A DNA stretch of 64,000 bases from Chiloscyllium plagiosum (taxonomy: Eukaryota): assembly GCF_004010195.1 (NCBI RefSeq), contig NC_057719.1, positions 55,498,785 to 55,562,784 of the forward strand, read 5' to 3'. A program made the translations under genes and the position numbers. Each line of letters starts with the position of its first letter. Within the stretch, counting starts at the first letter, position 1. This document shows, in pieces, positions 11,505 through 24,954 of the stretch. The notes beneath the pieces were generated by a model that was given only the letters and a program-made list of their open reading frames with translations, searched no databases and was not told the DNA's origin.

Positions 11505-12719
11505 GGATTGGAACTATTTTTCACGTTGATATGAAATTTTGAAATATGAATTCAAGCAATATGGGTTATACTTCCCAGAGAAATAATGCTATGTTAATAA
11601 TGCCAGCTGTTATTAATGTACAAAGTGTTCAACACATTCATGGGGCTTAAGAGATTCACAGAGTTTGAAATTTTCAAAACCTGCTGGTTGATTCATATGG
11701 CTTCACAGTTTGCTTTGTACAATGATAGCTTGTCTTTAATGCCCTGTTATATTTAAGAGCTTGCTGGATGTGCACATTAATTACCCATTAAGTATCCCGC
11801 AGAAAGTTGTTTTGCAAAATGTTCAACCAAACAAAAGCTGTTAAAATCATTACTTTCAAGGTTACAATTTCAAGTGCTGGCTTTAAAGTGTGAGATTTCA
11901 TGGTTTCTCAGAGCAAATTATTTATGTTTGGTTTGGTTCAGTTGCCATTTGTCAGTTAATAGATATCAATCGCTGAAGATATCCCTACTGTCATTCTAAT
12001 CTGTTTATTTTCATACTGAATTATATATTTTGTACATTGTCCCTGTGCTTGACCTTTACAAATCAGGATAAATTTTGTCACTATAGAGTTTTGACTTTTC
12101 TGTTCCTCAATGATTTATTTTGATTATTTAAAAGGCTGAGCAGCTCCAGTTTTGTATATTGTGGTTTATAGTATACACATTTTCAGCGATCATGCTGTAT
12201 TTTCACGCTCCTTATAAATCCTGTTTTACAGCTTAAAAGCAGCAGTGAGCCAAGGTTTTGACACCTGCTTCACTGATACCAGTGTGATGGAACAGAGGGC
12301 CCTGAAGTGAATGCTATTAACTCTGTCCCAAACTGTGAGGTCAGTACATTACTGTGGCTAGGGCAGGCTTATCAGCACATTAGGAGTGCATCAGCATTGT
12401 TTTCAGTGTCAGAAGAGCTCAGTAGTATTATGACACTTGCAGGCGTGGTTCAAGAAAGCAAAGATGGATTTTCTATCTCTCAGTGAAACAATCATAAAGT
12501 CATTGCTCTGGTACATTGGAACATTTTTCTCAGCTCATTCAATCAAAGTCATGCCTGCTTTCAGCAGATGCAAGTTTCATTTGGCCTTTCGATAGGTGTG
12601 CTGGGTGGAACTTGCTTTCAAACCCTTGATTTAGGGGTGACGACCAATAGCTCCTATGGTTCTTCCACTAAAATGTCATTACCCTCTTTCCAAACAGCAG
12701 GATCCTGGTAGAACTGGGT

Positions 12720-15576
12720 TCTGTCTCGCTTTCCTCACCCAACCTCAGAAATTCTAATGATTCCTCCAGCGCAATATAGCATTTGGGTTCCAGATGTGCA
12801 AGAAATAAACTCGGAGAGATCTGACCAGTCATCACTCCTTGCAGTGTTTCAATGGTTTGTTCTATGTTTGCTTCCGTTGGTCTGTTCCACCATTGATAGA
12901 ATGGAAATTGATTCCATAGGTCTGTGGGTGAGGGTAAGGAGGAGAATGGGCAAAATCTTCCTGACTCCTGAATTACATCACTTTGCATTTACTTTGTTTC
13001 TTTAGACTTTGCCGCTTCAGCCAGAGCTGAAAGGCTCACAGTACTTCTGTCTTGCCTTGCCTTATAGCACAGACACAAAGCCAAGCAATTTGCCGTGTTT
13101 TTTAACAGTGATCAGCCAAAGAGGTGGACATGTTGCTATAGGGCACAGTACTACATTAATCTTGCATGTGCCAGCAGCATTTGTGACTAATGCACTTCAT
13201 ATGCTTCCACCAAATACTCTTTTGAGGGGTGCTGGCACAGCACTGAATGTTACATTTTTGGATAAGTGTGAATTGTATTGTGTTTTTGGGCGGTTTCCCA
13301 CTATACAGGTTTTTTCACTGTACATGATCAAACTCACCTCATCAATTACCTACCCCACTCCTATGGCACCCCTTATGTCTGATTCTAGACCCATCTTACC
13401 ATCCGCCATATCCAAAATAATTTACCACTCACTGGATATCCCAGAAATCACCAGTATCCTTTACACCCATAGCATTGTTAAAAACTTGTTGAGCACCCGG
13501 AGAAGCACTGTCAACCTGGAGCTACCTTGCACAGTCATTGCCACTTGCCCTGGACAGGGCAGATAACAGGAATTTAGGGGCAGCGTCCTGGAGAGCCTGC
13601 TGGGTGCAGTGTTAACATTCAGTACTTCCTCTTTCCCCAGGGCCAGTAATGGAGGTCATGCCAGAATGCTCTAATGTTGCCAGCCAGGTTGAAGCAGTGT
13701 CAGTTGTCTGGAGAAAGGCCCAGCACTGTAGGAAGAAGGATAATGTCCTTCTCCATTTGACTCGTGTAAGCACCACTACCTTCTCTCTGATACTTCACAA
13801 TTACTCTCTCACCCCGACTGTATCTACCTTCCACCAAGATTCATACTCTACTACACTCGCTATTATATGTGTCCTGAGACACTCTTTCTGAACGACTGCT
13901 GGTAGCAGAGTTCTTCAGCAATTTTCAGGCAAAGGCAAATAGACTCTTGTTAAACAAGGGGATGAAAGATTATCAGAGATGGCAGGAATGGGTATTTGAT
14001 GTTACAATCAAATCAGTCATGATCTTATTGAATGGCAGAGAAGTCTTGAGAGGCTGAATGGCCTATTCCTTCTAGTTCATACGTTCATATGGACCATATG
14101 TGAGTAGGTTATCCCCAGGAGTATTTTCATTTCTGTCTGATTTTTCTACACACATTCTGTCCAGGCAATCACTTATATTAAATGAAAAGGAGGATAATCT
14201 GCTCCCACTACTATATTTAAGGAAAAATGTATATAAATATTTAAAAAGAAAGAATATTAAAAAAAGATATGAGGAAATGTATTAGAGAAAATTGTATCAG
14301 TTGAAGAATTGAGTTATGATACAGGTATAATGGTCTTCTATGTTATCAGTTTTGTGATTTTGTGAATTGATAACATACCTGTCTACATTATATAAATAAT
14401 AGATTAATGTGCAAATGCTTTAAATAACTACACTCGCTATTATATGCAGCATCTTCCCTCAATCACTGTCACCCACCCTAACTCCCACCCTAACTAACCC
14501 TGCATGCACTCTGACTTGCTCAGGACACCAACAGTAATAGCTGTATCACCCACTTTCATCTCATAGGATACCTGGCTCTCTCTCACTCCATGAGGCAAAC
14601 AGCCATAATAGAGCAGAAAGATTCAAGGTGGGTGATGGGCTACCCCTTATTTGGCTCCCCACCCCTGACAAGGAGAGCATCCTGAGCCTAAAGCAGGGCC
14701 TGGACTAGTTTCAGAGGCTGCCCTTGATTTACTGAATGAAGGCTATCCCCTTTGACTCGAACAAGGCCTGCTGACAACTGTAACAAGCTTCCTGTCTTTC
14801 TATCTGTGCTGAATGGCATGGCAAACCAGCAGTAATATGAATCTGATATATCTGGCTGTGAGGACAAGGCACAAGAAGGTAAGTTGAAGTAATGCAAGGT
14901 TTAGATTTTGTGAGCATCCGGGTATGGTCAGAGTGAGCGCTATGCCAGTTCAGTGAAGATTGCAGAGAAGCAGCCTGGTCCAGTCCAATGTGATCAGGTG
15001 TGTGTCTCTAAATGCACACTGTCCTTACAGCAGCATAGCAATGACATTGCGGGTGCAACCCAAGGTGCAGCATTAAAAGGCTAAAGACTTCTTTAAGTGG
15101 ATCAGAGGTGTGCCATGAAGGTTCTTAGAGATTGGCAAAGGCAGATGGCAATGTCTGTAGACATGGGTGCTTGTGGCCAATTCCTGTGGATCTTATTTTG
15201 CAATGTTGGTGACTAGATTCCACTTTAGATGTTATTCAAAGCAAGCAGCAAGCTGAGTCTGCCAGCTGCTCGCTCTGATTTCCCTGTAGAACTTTCCCGA
15301 TGTCATGTGTGTTTGATGAATGTGGTAAGTTGGGGTTCTGGATATTAATGAGGTGCGTGGTGGCTTTAATAAGGCACTTAACTCCTTAATCAACATTAAC
15401 TGACTTCTTTCATTACGAATCATGAAACTCACCACAACATATGTAAAAAGTACAAAAATGGAGTGAGATTATCTCGATGTCGAGACAGGCTTCACTGCAT
15501 TTGTCACCCGATTCTGCGAAGCATCTTTCACCACAGCCCCTCGTCTTGTCACACAGGCCCTCATTAAAATCTGCCC
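12720..15576. mobile_element. Decayed Harbinger-like DNA transposon (transposase remnant on -, Myb ORF remnant on +)
   Basis: Minus strand 12720-12900 has TEANIEQTIETL...YIAL (like HARBI1 IEQTIG.LK...LHNIAL). Plus strand 13649-13760 has VASQVEAVSVVWRKAQHCRKKDN (Myb/SANT). The right end AAAATCTGCCC (15566-15576) reads GGGCAGATTTT on the minus strand. Left end and TSD not established. Confidence 0.45.
13868..14429 (+). repeat. Inserted copy of 10955-11504 flanked by 20-bp direct repeat
   Basis: ACTACACTCGCTATTATATG at 13850-13869 and 14427-14446. Confidence 0.95.
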
Positions 15577-16504
15577 ATGGTTTTTGTTGTACTAAAACAA
15601 ATTATTCACCACTCAGCTGAACCTCTTTTTTTTTATTGTTGTATCATTTTTGCTTGTTTCCCACATAATCACATCTATCACTACCCAAGAAATTCAGACC
15701 TCGTTTCCGAGATTATTCTGTCATATTGAAGCAAAGTTTGAATTGTACCATTCACAATTTCTTTTGAAAGGTAATCTATTTTTTCCATTGTTGCTTTCTT
15801 ATTGATTTCAGTTTCAAATCAGTGCTGATTATTCGTGCCTACCCCTTAGCAATAAACTTTGGCCTTTTTGAAACATTGGATTTTCTGATGCTGCTTCTAG
15901 CCTCTACTTAAAGCAAAATATCATATAAATATATACAATTTCTAAATGCATTTCTATTCTGCTTACTAGCATCTTTACATCTAAACTGCCAACCAAAAGA
16001 CTGAATGCTGTTACAGAAAACATTTTTTTAAAATTCACTGTTGCTTTTTATTCAGCGTTGAAATCGAAAACACAATGCTATACTTGAATAATGCAATATT
16101 TACAAAATACAAAAAAAAAGAGAAAGTCATAGGACTGGGTTTATCGCAGCCCATTGCAGTGGAAAATATGGCTGCCAGGATGACTTAGTTTTGGAACAGC
16201 CCAGCAGCAGCAAAACCACTTCAGATGAAGTAAGAGTGCAGAAGGGATTGCTACAGAATTTCCAGCTGCCATGGTGCAAAGTCAGTAAGTCACAATAGTG
16301 AGATACTTTCCAGGTATCTAATTATCTAGGTGTCCATTTGTGACCAGAAATTAAATGGGAGCTACATTCAAAAGGACACTGTCATCATAGTTAGACATTC
16401 AGTACCTGAGGAATCTAGCTAAAGGGAAGGAGGGGATGACTGTAAGTCATCCATCTATCCTTGCCTCCAAATTCCCTGACCTGCCTCAACAACTAGACTT
16501 GTCA

Positions 16505-16620
16505 TCTAGCCTTGAAATGTTAACTTGTTCTCTCTCCACAGATGCTGCCTGACCAGCTGTGATTTTCAGCATTTTTTTGTTTTCGGTACTGATTCCAGCA
16601 TCTGCAATAATTTGTTCCCT
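16505..16620 (+). mobile_element. Penelope-like terminal fragment (old)
   Basis: GAAATGTTAACTTGTTCTCTCTCCACAGATGCTGCCTGACC...TTCCAGCATCTGCA. Confidence 0.65.
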
Positions 16621-17879
16621 CCATTTTGTTTATGTTAGAATCCAACATCACCCACTCCTATTTAGATTGGTCCAGACTGTAGATTAAAATCTGCCTTCGC
16701 ATTGCTTAACAAACCACTCTGGTTACAAACAGTTTTATTCCCCAACAACTAAAATAAAGCAAAGAAGCGGCAGAGAGTGAGAGCCAGTTGGGAAGGCCCA
16801 CTCTCCAGATAAGCCGACCCAGGAGCCTCCCCATCTCCCTTCAAGAGATGTCCCTCGAATGCAGGTTAGGGTTTTTTTTCTGGAGGGCAACAAGAAAAAA
16901 GTCCATAAACATCAACGCCTATTGTAAATGATACTGGAGTAAAATAGAAAGCTCCGTGGCTGTGGTCCAAACCACTTCTTACCTGATACATTGTAGCAAT
17001 GACTGCACTTTATTAGGTAATTTACTGGCTGTGAAACTCTTAAAGACATCCTAAGGCCACAAAGGTGTTATATAAATGCAAGTTATTTATTTTGCTATCC
17101 TAAGAATTGTTCCAGGGCCAACCACAATTTGAAATGACCCTCAGAATTACTTTTTTTTATTTTCCAAACAGGTCTAATCCACTTGCCTCCTAATATATAA
17201 ATAATTCCTAGATTGTACTAGCACATCAGCAGGGAGCTGTGGGGTGAAAACTTTAGGTCAATAAATTGTCTGACTGATATTGGATTAAGAATAAGGATGT
17301 TAAATTTAAGGCAATGTCACACCAAAAGCCATTTTAGGTCAGTCAACATAGGGCTGATGGTGAACAGGATTTGGTATGAATTAAAGTATGGGTAGTGGAA
17401 CTTTGGATGAACTGAAGTTTATGGAAGCTGCAAGGTGGGACACGAGGAAGGAGAGCTGAGTCTTGAGTTATGGTAAAGCACCCAAGGTGATCTAGCAAGC
17501 AAGCTGAGACAGGGCTTGTGACACAGTATTACAGTTTGGAGAAATGCAATTATACCCTTAGTGTACTTGCTGGCTTGCTGTAGCCATATGACCACTACCT
17601 CTGCTGTAAGTGCCTTGTGGCAGTTGCAGGAGTTTTTAAACCCAAATGACTTGAAACATGGCGTCAGAGTGATGTACCCGGAGATTCATGGGTTTTCAGA
17701 GCCGTAGGAAGGCCAGCTATGAAACAAAACAGCAAATAAATTTTAAAAAGGAGAGAACTGTGCAACTTTGAATTAGTGGATGAGTCAAAATGGCAGGGCA
17801 CCTTCCACTCCCTGCAGCTGTAGCAGTTAGATATTTTTCCTCTTGGTGGCAAAATTATGAAAATGCAACAGAATTAATT

Positions 17880-18715
17880 TACAAACCTCAGCATGGAAGA
17901 ATTGCAATCCTGCTGTGGGGAAGATTGTTATAAGCTGCAGCCTACATTTCATTGAGGAGCAGAAAAGCCCAAGTGCAGAGACTTTGCAAGCCTTGAAGAT
18001 GCAGTAACTCTATATTCGTGTTATTTATGAATGGTATTTGATCAACATCAGGGCTCAAGATGACAGGGAGTAGTAACCAATATGTGACTGTACTGATATA
18101 TCAGCTGTATCCTGAGAGTTTGGATAACTGAGACATTATCTCATCAGAGATAATGTAGTGAGAGCATGACTGCTGAGAAAGGAAAAACATACTCTCAAGT
18201 AAGCTATTGTGTGTAGAAGCTCTAATATTGCCAGTCATTAGCTAGAATCTATAAATGAGAGAACATATGAGACTTTGTATAATGCTGACAGACATACCAG
18301 TCTGAGTAAGAACAACAGTTTGGATAAAAAGGAGAAATATTTTGTGCAGAATGAAAAGAAAGATGAAGGCCTGAGGACAGGATGTAAATATTGTGGAGGA
18401 CATCACAAAAGAAAGTGTGCTCAATGTGGGAAAAGCAGTGCTTTAACCACAAAAAGTTGAATCATTTTGCATGTAAGTCCTGAGCCGGATAGAAGTAAAT
18501 CAGGATAATAAAGATGGATGCTGGACAGTTGTCACCAGGTGATTGTGATGAATAACTCTACACTGTACAAAAGGTTGGCATCATGTCCAGAGATGCTGCA
18601 TGGCTTGTGACTGTTTGATGGCTTCAGTTGGAGAGCATCGAATGATTGTGAAATGTCATTTCTGTTTCATGCAAAACCATGACCTTTATGAATCTGTGTG
18701 AAGTTGCTCAAGATG
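17880..18715 (+). pseudogene. Gypsy-type gag remnant with zinc knuckle
   Basis: Frameshifted VIYEWYLINIRAQ...EFG*LRHYLIRD..LLRKEKHTLK*AIVCRS, then CKYCGGHH..C...NHFAC (gag CCHC region). Confidence 0.6.
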
Positions 18716-18725
18716 GCGACCAAAA

Positions 18726-19252
18726 CATTGGTTAGGCCACATTTGGAACACTGTGTGCAATTCTGATCTCCCTGCTATAGGAAGAATGAAAGGATTCAGA
18801 AAAGATTTGCAAGGATGTTGTCAGGGTTGGAGGATTTGAGCTATAGGGAGAGGCTGAACAGGCTTGGGCTGTTTTCCCTGGACCATTGGAGGCTGAGAGG
18901 TGACCTTATAGAGATTTATAAAATCATGACGGGTATGGATTGGATAAATAGACAAGGTATTTTCCCTGGTGTTGGGCAGTCCAGAACTAGAGGACATAGG
19001 TTTAGGGTGAGAGGGGAAAGATATAAAAGAGACCTAAGGGACAACATTTTCATGCAGAGGATGTGCAGAGGGTGGTACGTGTATGGAATGAGCTACAGAG
19101 GAAATGGCGGAGGCTGGTACAATTACAACAATTAAAAGGCATCTGGATGGGTGCGGGAATAGGAAGGACTTAGAGGGCTATGGGCCAAGTACTGGCAAAT
19201 GGGACAAGATTAATTTAGGATATCTGGTTGGCATGGACAAGTTGAATTGAAG
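18726..19252 (+). mobile_element. CR1 (HER1-like) 3' end
   Basis: LSGLEDLSYRERLNRLGLFSL..RLRGDLIEIYKIM..SRTRGHRFRVRG. Confidence 0.9.
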
Positions 19253-19254
19253 AT

Positions 19255-22200
19255 AATAGACAATAGACAATAGGTGCAGGAGTAGGCCATTCAGCCCTTT
19301 GAGCCAGCACCACCATTCATTTTGATCATGGCTGATCATGCACAATCAGCATCTTGTACCTGCCTTATCCCCTTGATTCCACTATCTTAAAGAGCTCTAT
19401 CCATCTCTTTCTTGAAAGTATCCAGAGACTTAGCCTCCACAGCCTTCTGGGCAGAGCATTCTATATAAGCACCACTCTCTGGGTGAAGAAGTTTCTCCTC
19501 AACTCTATTCTAAATGGCCTACCCCTTACTTTTAAAATGTGTCCTCTGGTTCTGGACTCACCCATCAACGAAAACATGCTTCCTGCCTCCAGAGTGTCCA
19601 ATCCTTTAATAATCTTATACATCTCAATCAGATCCCTCCTCAGCCTTCTAAACTCAAGTGTATATGAGCCCAGTCACTCCAATCTTTCAACATATGATAG
19701 TCCCGCCATTCAGGGAATTGACCTCGTGAACCTACGCTGTACTTCCTCAATAGCCAGAATGTCCATCCTCAAATTTCGAGACTGAAACTGCACACAATAC
19801 TCCAGGATTGGTCTCACCAGGAGTCCTATACAGCTGCAGAAGGACCTCTTTGCTCCTATACTCAATTCCTCTTGTTATGAAAGCCAGCATGCCATTAGCC
19901 TTCTTCACTGCCTGCTGTACCTGCATGCTTGCTTTCATTGACTGATGTACAAGAACATCTAGATCTCGTTATACTTTCCCTTTACTGAACTTGACTCCCG
20001 ACTCCCACAGCTACCTGGATTACACCTCTTCCCACCCTACCTCTTGCAAAAACGCCATCCCGTATTCCCAATTCCTCCGCCTCCGCCGTATCTGCTCCCA
20101 GGAGGAGCGGTTCCACCATAGAACACACCAGATGGCCTCCTTCTCTAGAGACCGCAATTTCCCTTCCCACGTGGTTAAAGATGCCCCCCAACGCATCTCA
20201 TCCACATCCCGCAATTCCGCCCTCAGACTCAACCCCTCCAACCNNNNNNNNNNNNNNNNNNNNNNNNNNNNNNNNNNNNNNNNNNNNNNNNNNNNNNNNN
20301 NNNNNNNNNNNNNNNNNNNNNNNNNNNNNNNNNNNNNNNNNNNNNNNNNNNNNNNNNNNNNNNNNNNNNNNNNNNNNNNNNNNNNNNNNNNNNNNNNNNN
20401 NNNNNNNNNNNNNNNNNNNNNNNNNNNNNNNNNNNNNNNNNNNNNNNNNNNNNNNNNNNNNNNCGCCCCGTGGCTCAACATTTCAACTCCCCCTCCCACT
20501 CTGCCGAGGGTATGGAGGTGCTGGGCCTCCTCCACCGCCGCTCCCTCACCACCAGGTGCCTGGAGGAAGAACGCCTCATCTTCTGCCTCGGAACACTTCA
20601 ACCCCAGGGCATCAGTGTGGATTTCAACAGTTTCCTCATTTCCCGTTCCCCCACCTCATCCTAGCTTCTAACCTCCAGAAACTCGATCCCCTGACCTGTC
20701 CGGACTTGTCCGACCTGCCCAGCTCGTTTTCCACCTATCCACTCCACCCTCTCTTCCCTGACCTATCACCTTCATCTCCTTCCCCACTGACCTATTGTAC
20801 TCTATGCCACTCTCTCCCCACCCCTACCCTCCTCTAGCTTATCTCTCCATGCTTCAGGTTCTCTGCCTTTATTCCTGATGAAGGGCTTTTGCCCGAAACG
20901 TCGATTTTGCCTGTCCTCGGATGCTGCCTGAATTGCTGTGCTCTTCCAGCACCACTGATCCAGAATCCATTTAGATAGTAATCTGCCTTCCTGTTCTTGC
21001 CACCAAAGTGGATAATCACACATCTATCCACATTAAACTGCATCTGCCATCCATCTGTCCAATCACCTAGCCTGTCCAAGTCACTCTGTATTCTCATAAC
21101 ATCCTCCTCACATTTCACCCTGCCACCCAGCTTTGTGTCATCAGCGAATTTGCTAATATTACTTTTAATACCTTCATCTAGATCATCAATGTATATTGTT
21201 AACAGTTGCGGTACCACCAAACCTTGTGGTACCCCACTAGTCACTGTCTGCCATTCCGAAAGAGACCTGTTTATCACTACTCTTTGTTTCCTGTCAGCCA
21301 GCCATTTTTCAATCCAAATCAGTATTTTGCCCCCAAAACCATGTGCCCTAATTTTGCTCATTAATGTTCTATGTGGGACTTTATCAAAGCCTTTCTGAAA
21401 GCCCAGGTACACTACATCCACTGGATCTCCTTTGTCCATCTTCATAGTTACATTCTCAAAAAATTCCAGAAGATTAGTCAAGCACAATTTCCCCTTCGTA
21501 AATCCATGCTGACTCTGACCGATCCATTACTGCTATCCAAATGAGTCGTAATTTCATCTTTTATAATTGACTTCAGCATCTTTTCCACCACTGACGTCTT
21601 TAATTAACTGTTTTCTGTCTTCCTCCTTTCTTGAAAAGTGGGACAACATTAGCCACCCTCCAATCTGCAGGAACTGATCCTGAATCGATAGAACATTGGA
21701 AAATGATTACCAACGCGTCCACGATTTCTAGAGCCACCTCCTTAAGTACCCTGGGATGCAGACCATCAGGTCCCAGGGATGTATCAGCCTTCAGACCTAA
21801 CAGTCTATCCAACATAATTTCCTGCCTAATCTAAATTCCCTTCAGTTCATCCATTACCCGAGGTCCTTGATGCAGTATTACATCTGGGACATTGCTCATA
21901 TCTTCCCCAGTGAAGACAGATCCAAAGTACCTATTCAACTCTTCTGCCATTTCCTTGTTCCCCATAATAAATTCACCCATTTCTGTCTTCAAGGGCCCAA
22001 TTTTAGTCTTAACCTCTTTTTCTTTTCACATACCGAAAAAAGCTTTTATTATCCTCCTTTATATTTTTGGCCAGTTTGCATTTGTACCTCATTTTTTCTC
22101 CGCGTATTGCCTTTTTAGTTATCCTCTGTTGCTCTTTAAAAGTTTCCCAGCCCTCCAGCTTCCCACTCATATTTGCTATGTTATACTTCTTCTCTTTTAT

Positions 22201-22913
22201 CTTTATACAGTCCTTAACTCCCCTCATCAGCCACGGCCACCTCTGTCTCCCCTTAGGATCTTTCTTCCTCTTTGGACTGAACTGATCCTGTACCTTCTGC
22301 ATTATATCCAGAAGTACCTGCCATTGTTGTTCCACTGCCATCTCTGCTCAGGTATTGAACCATTGAACTTTGGCCAGCTCCTCCCTCATAGCTCCAGATG
22401 TTCAACTGCAATAATGACACTTCTGAGTCTCCCTTCTCCCTTTCAAATTGCAGATTAAAACTTATCGTATTATGATCACTACCTCCTAATGGCTTCTTTA
22501 CTTCGAGGTCCCTGATCAAATCCAGTTCGTTGCACAACACCGGATCCAGAATTGCCTTCTCTCTGATAGGCTCCAGTACAAGCTGTTCTAGGAATCCATC
22601 TTGGGAGCTCTCCACTACCTGCCTTTTTTGGGGTCCAGTACCATCCTGGTTCTCCCAGGCTACCTGCATGGTTGAAATCCCCCATAACAACTGTAGTATT
22701 ACCTTTGCGACAGGCCAATTTTAACTCCTTATTCAACTTACACCCTACATCCAGACTACTGATTTGGGGCCTGTGGATAATTCCTTCTACCCTTAGAATT
22801 TCTCAGCTCTATCCACACATCTCCTGGTTCTATGTCCCCCCCTTGCAAGGGACTTAATATCATTCCTCTTCAACAGGGCCACCCCACCCCCTATGCCCGT
22901 CAGTCTGTTTCCG
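19255..22913 (-). mobile_element. Long CR1 ORF2 copy (EN through RT to 3' tail), decayed, interrupted by a Penelope element
   Basis: Fragments VVMGDFN, LGGSDHNTISF, GPDGLHPRVLKE, CLTNLLEFFE..FDKVPH..GVPQG..FADDTKLGG, KKANGMLAFI; tail (CTATTGT)n at ~19255-19272. Confidence 0.92.
19994..20965 (+). mobile_element. Penelope-like element (Neptune-like), 5'-truncated: RT C-terminus, GIY-YIG end, terminal repeat with hammerhead
   Basis: SYLDYTSSHPTSCKNAIPYSQFLRLRRICS; after the gap VAQHFNSPSHS...EEERLIFCLGTLQPQGISVDF; CTGATGA(20875-20881)-AGGGCTTTTGCCC-GAAAC-GTC. Confidence 0.9.
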
Positions 22914-22944
22914 TGCTGCACTTCTCTATGGCTCTATGCCGAAA

Positions 22945-23052
22945 ATCTGAAATGAAAACAGAAATTGCTGGAGTAACTCAACAAGTCTGGCAGAATCTGT
23001 GGGAGAAAACAGAGTTAATGCTTCGAGTCCAGTGGCCCTTCCTCAGAACTGG
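22945..23052 (-). mobile_element. Penelope-like terminal fragment with degenerate hammerhead
   Basis: Minus strand AGTT-CTGAGGA-AGGGCCACTGGACTC-GAAGCATT-AACT. Confidence 0.65.
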
Positions 23053-23769
23053 AGGTCTAGACCTACAATCTGATTTGGCATATCTTAGCCTAGTTTTAGT
23101 AAATGCATTCTATAGCTTGTGTTGTAAGTTTTTTGTTTCCTTTTTTTATGCATTAACTTGCACTAAACACTGGACAAAATTTAAAATAAATACTACACCA
23201 ATCTTGCACAAACCACAAGTATTTTTCGTAAAAAGCATCACTTCCTTTTCCACTGCACCATATTCACAAATTTTCTAATCTAGTTAAGTGCTCATCTCCA
23301 TTTGGAGAACCAAGAGAATTTAATTTCTGTTGAGGAGATGGTTTTAAAGTCACAGAAGTAGATGGAACAAAGAGAGGGCTATTTTGATGGTGAGCGAATA
23401 AATTACAGATCCGTTCAGTAAAACTTTATAATCACAAAGTAAGAGATGATACCTGCTAAATAATTTGCAACTGATTTTGACAGATTGTTTTCTTTATTCT
23501 TTCATTGTTTCTCAACTAACTCACTCCAACATTGACTGTAGAACCCTAAGAATGCAACTTGCGTGTACGTAACTTGTTTAGCACAGAAAAACATGTAAAG
23601 GTATTACTTAAGAAATTCATCACATTTGCCCAGAAAAGAGACTGTGAAATTTTGGGAAAGAGTTCCAGAGCTTTGAGGACACCCAGCTAGAGACACAGAT
23701 GCTTATGGTTGAACAATGAAAATTGTGCATGTGCAAGCAAGCAAAATTAGGAAAGTGCAAGAGATCTTG

Positions 23770-24082
23770 GAATCTCTACAATGTGGAAGCAGGCCATTCA
23801 GCCCACACCAGCCCTCTGAACAGCATCCCACCCATTCCCTGTAACCTTGAATTTCCCAAGGCTTATCTACCTCGCAATCACATCAGTGGGCACTATGGGC
23901 AATTTAGCCTGGCTCAACCACCTAACCTGCACATCTTTAGACTGTGGAAGGAAACTAGAGCACCTGGAGGAAACCCAAACAGAGATCATACAAGCTCCAC
24001 ACAGAGAGTCACCCAAGGCTAGGATTGAACCCAGGCCCCGAGCACTGTGAGACAGCAGTGCTGACCACTGAGCCGCCATGCT
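23770..24082 (-). mobile_element. V-SINE (HE1-like)
   Basis: Minus strand GGCGGCTCAGTGGTCAGCACTGCTG...GGGTTCAATCC...GGGTTTCCTCCAGGTGCTC...AAAGATGTGCAGGTTAGG. Confidence 0.85.
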
Positions 24083-24954
24083 GTGTTCAGTTGTAGAAGT
24101 GGGAGACGTTTACAGGTTTTGGAAACATAAGGTCATGAAGGCATTGAAAACTAATGCTTGCAAATCATTTGACTGTAATAATAATATATATGAATTTAAT
24201 TTTATAGAAATATTTATATAAAATATAATTGTGTTGCATTACAGGTGTCTGAAAAAATATTAAAACTTGGAACAGCAGTTTCAAAAGCAAACATATTGAA
24301 AACCAATGGTTCATAACACTTACCAGAATACCTTGCACTATCAGATTGCTAATTTAACTTCTAGTTAGACAGTAAACCTCTCAAGTTCTCCACTTGCTCT
24401 TTTTTTAAACAACTTCATATCCGGTCTATATTTCAATCGGATTCTAGTGACGTTTAATATAACCAGAAGAATTTCATGTGGAAATTTATCAAAAGCTATG
24501 TGAAAATATAATTTGGAGAGTGATGATTTGCTTTTCTCCAATAATCTCAAAAAAATCAGCTCATTTCTTTTAAAGTAAAAATGCATCACAAAACTAGATG
24601 TTTGAAGAACAAAAATGGTCCAGTGCTGTTGCATATTAGTGCACTTTACCATGAGAAGGACATTAAGATTTGTATTTCGCCCTTATCTAAAAAAATACTC
24701 AGAGTGACAGCCAATAAATATATTTGTCAGTCACTTTGTAAGCAACTTCTGGCCTTGACAAAAGTACAAGGAAGGCAGATTTGAAATTATGTAACATACA
24801 TCATGACCTACTTGCTTAGGCTTAATCTCTTCAGTCTGTATAGGACAATGGGCTGCAGGACACCATCATCAGTCCCACATTATCACAATCTCTTCTGTTC
24901 TAATCCAGGAGGTGCCCCTGTCTTGATGGTCCGCTTTAATAATTTTTTTTTAAA

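Noticed and set aside
13009..13566. 185-aa ORF
   Set aside because: Non-ATG start, no recognisable domain, lies in a probable decayed Harbinger region.
21892..22458. 188-aa plus-strand ORF (and similar antisense ORFs at 19354, 20997, 55238, 55964, 61111)
   Set aside because: Antisense shadows of CR1 ORF2.
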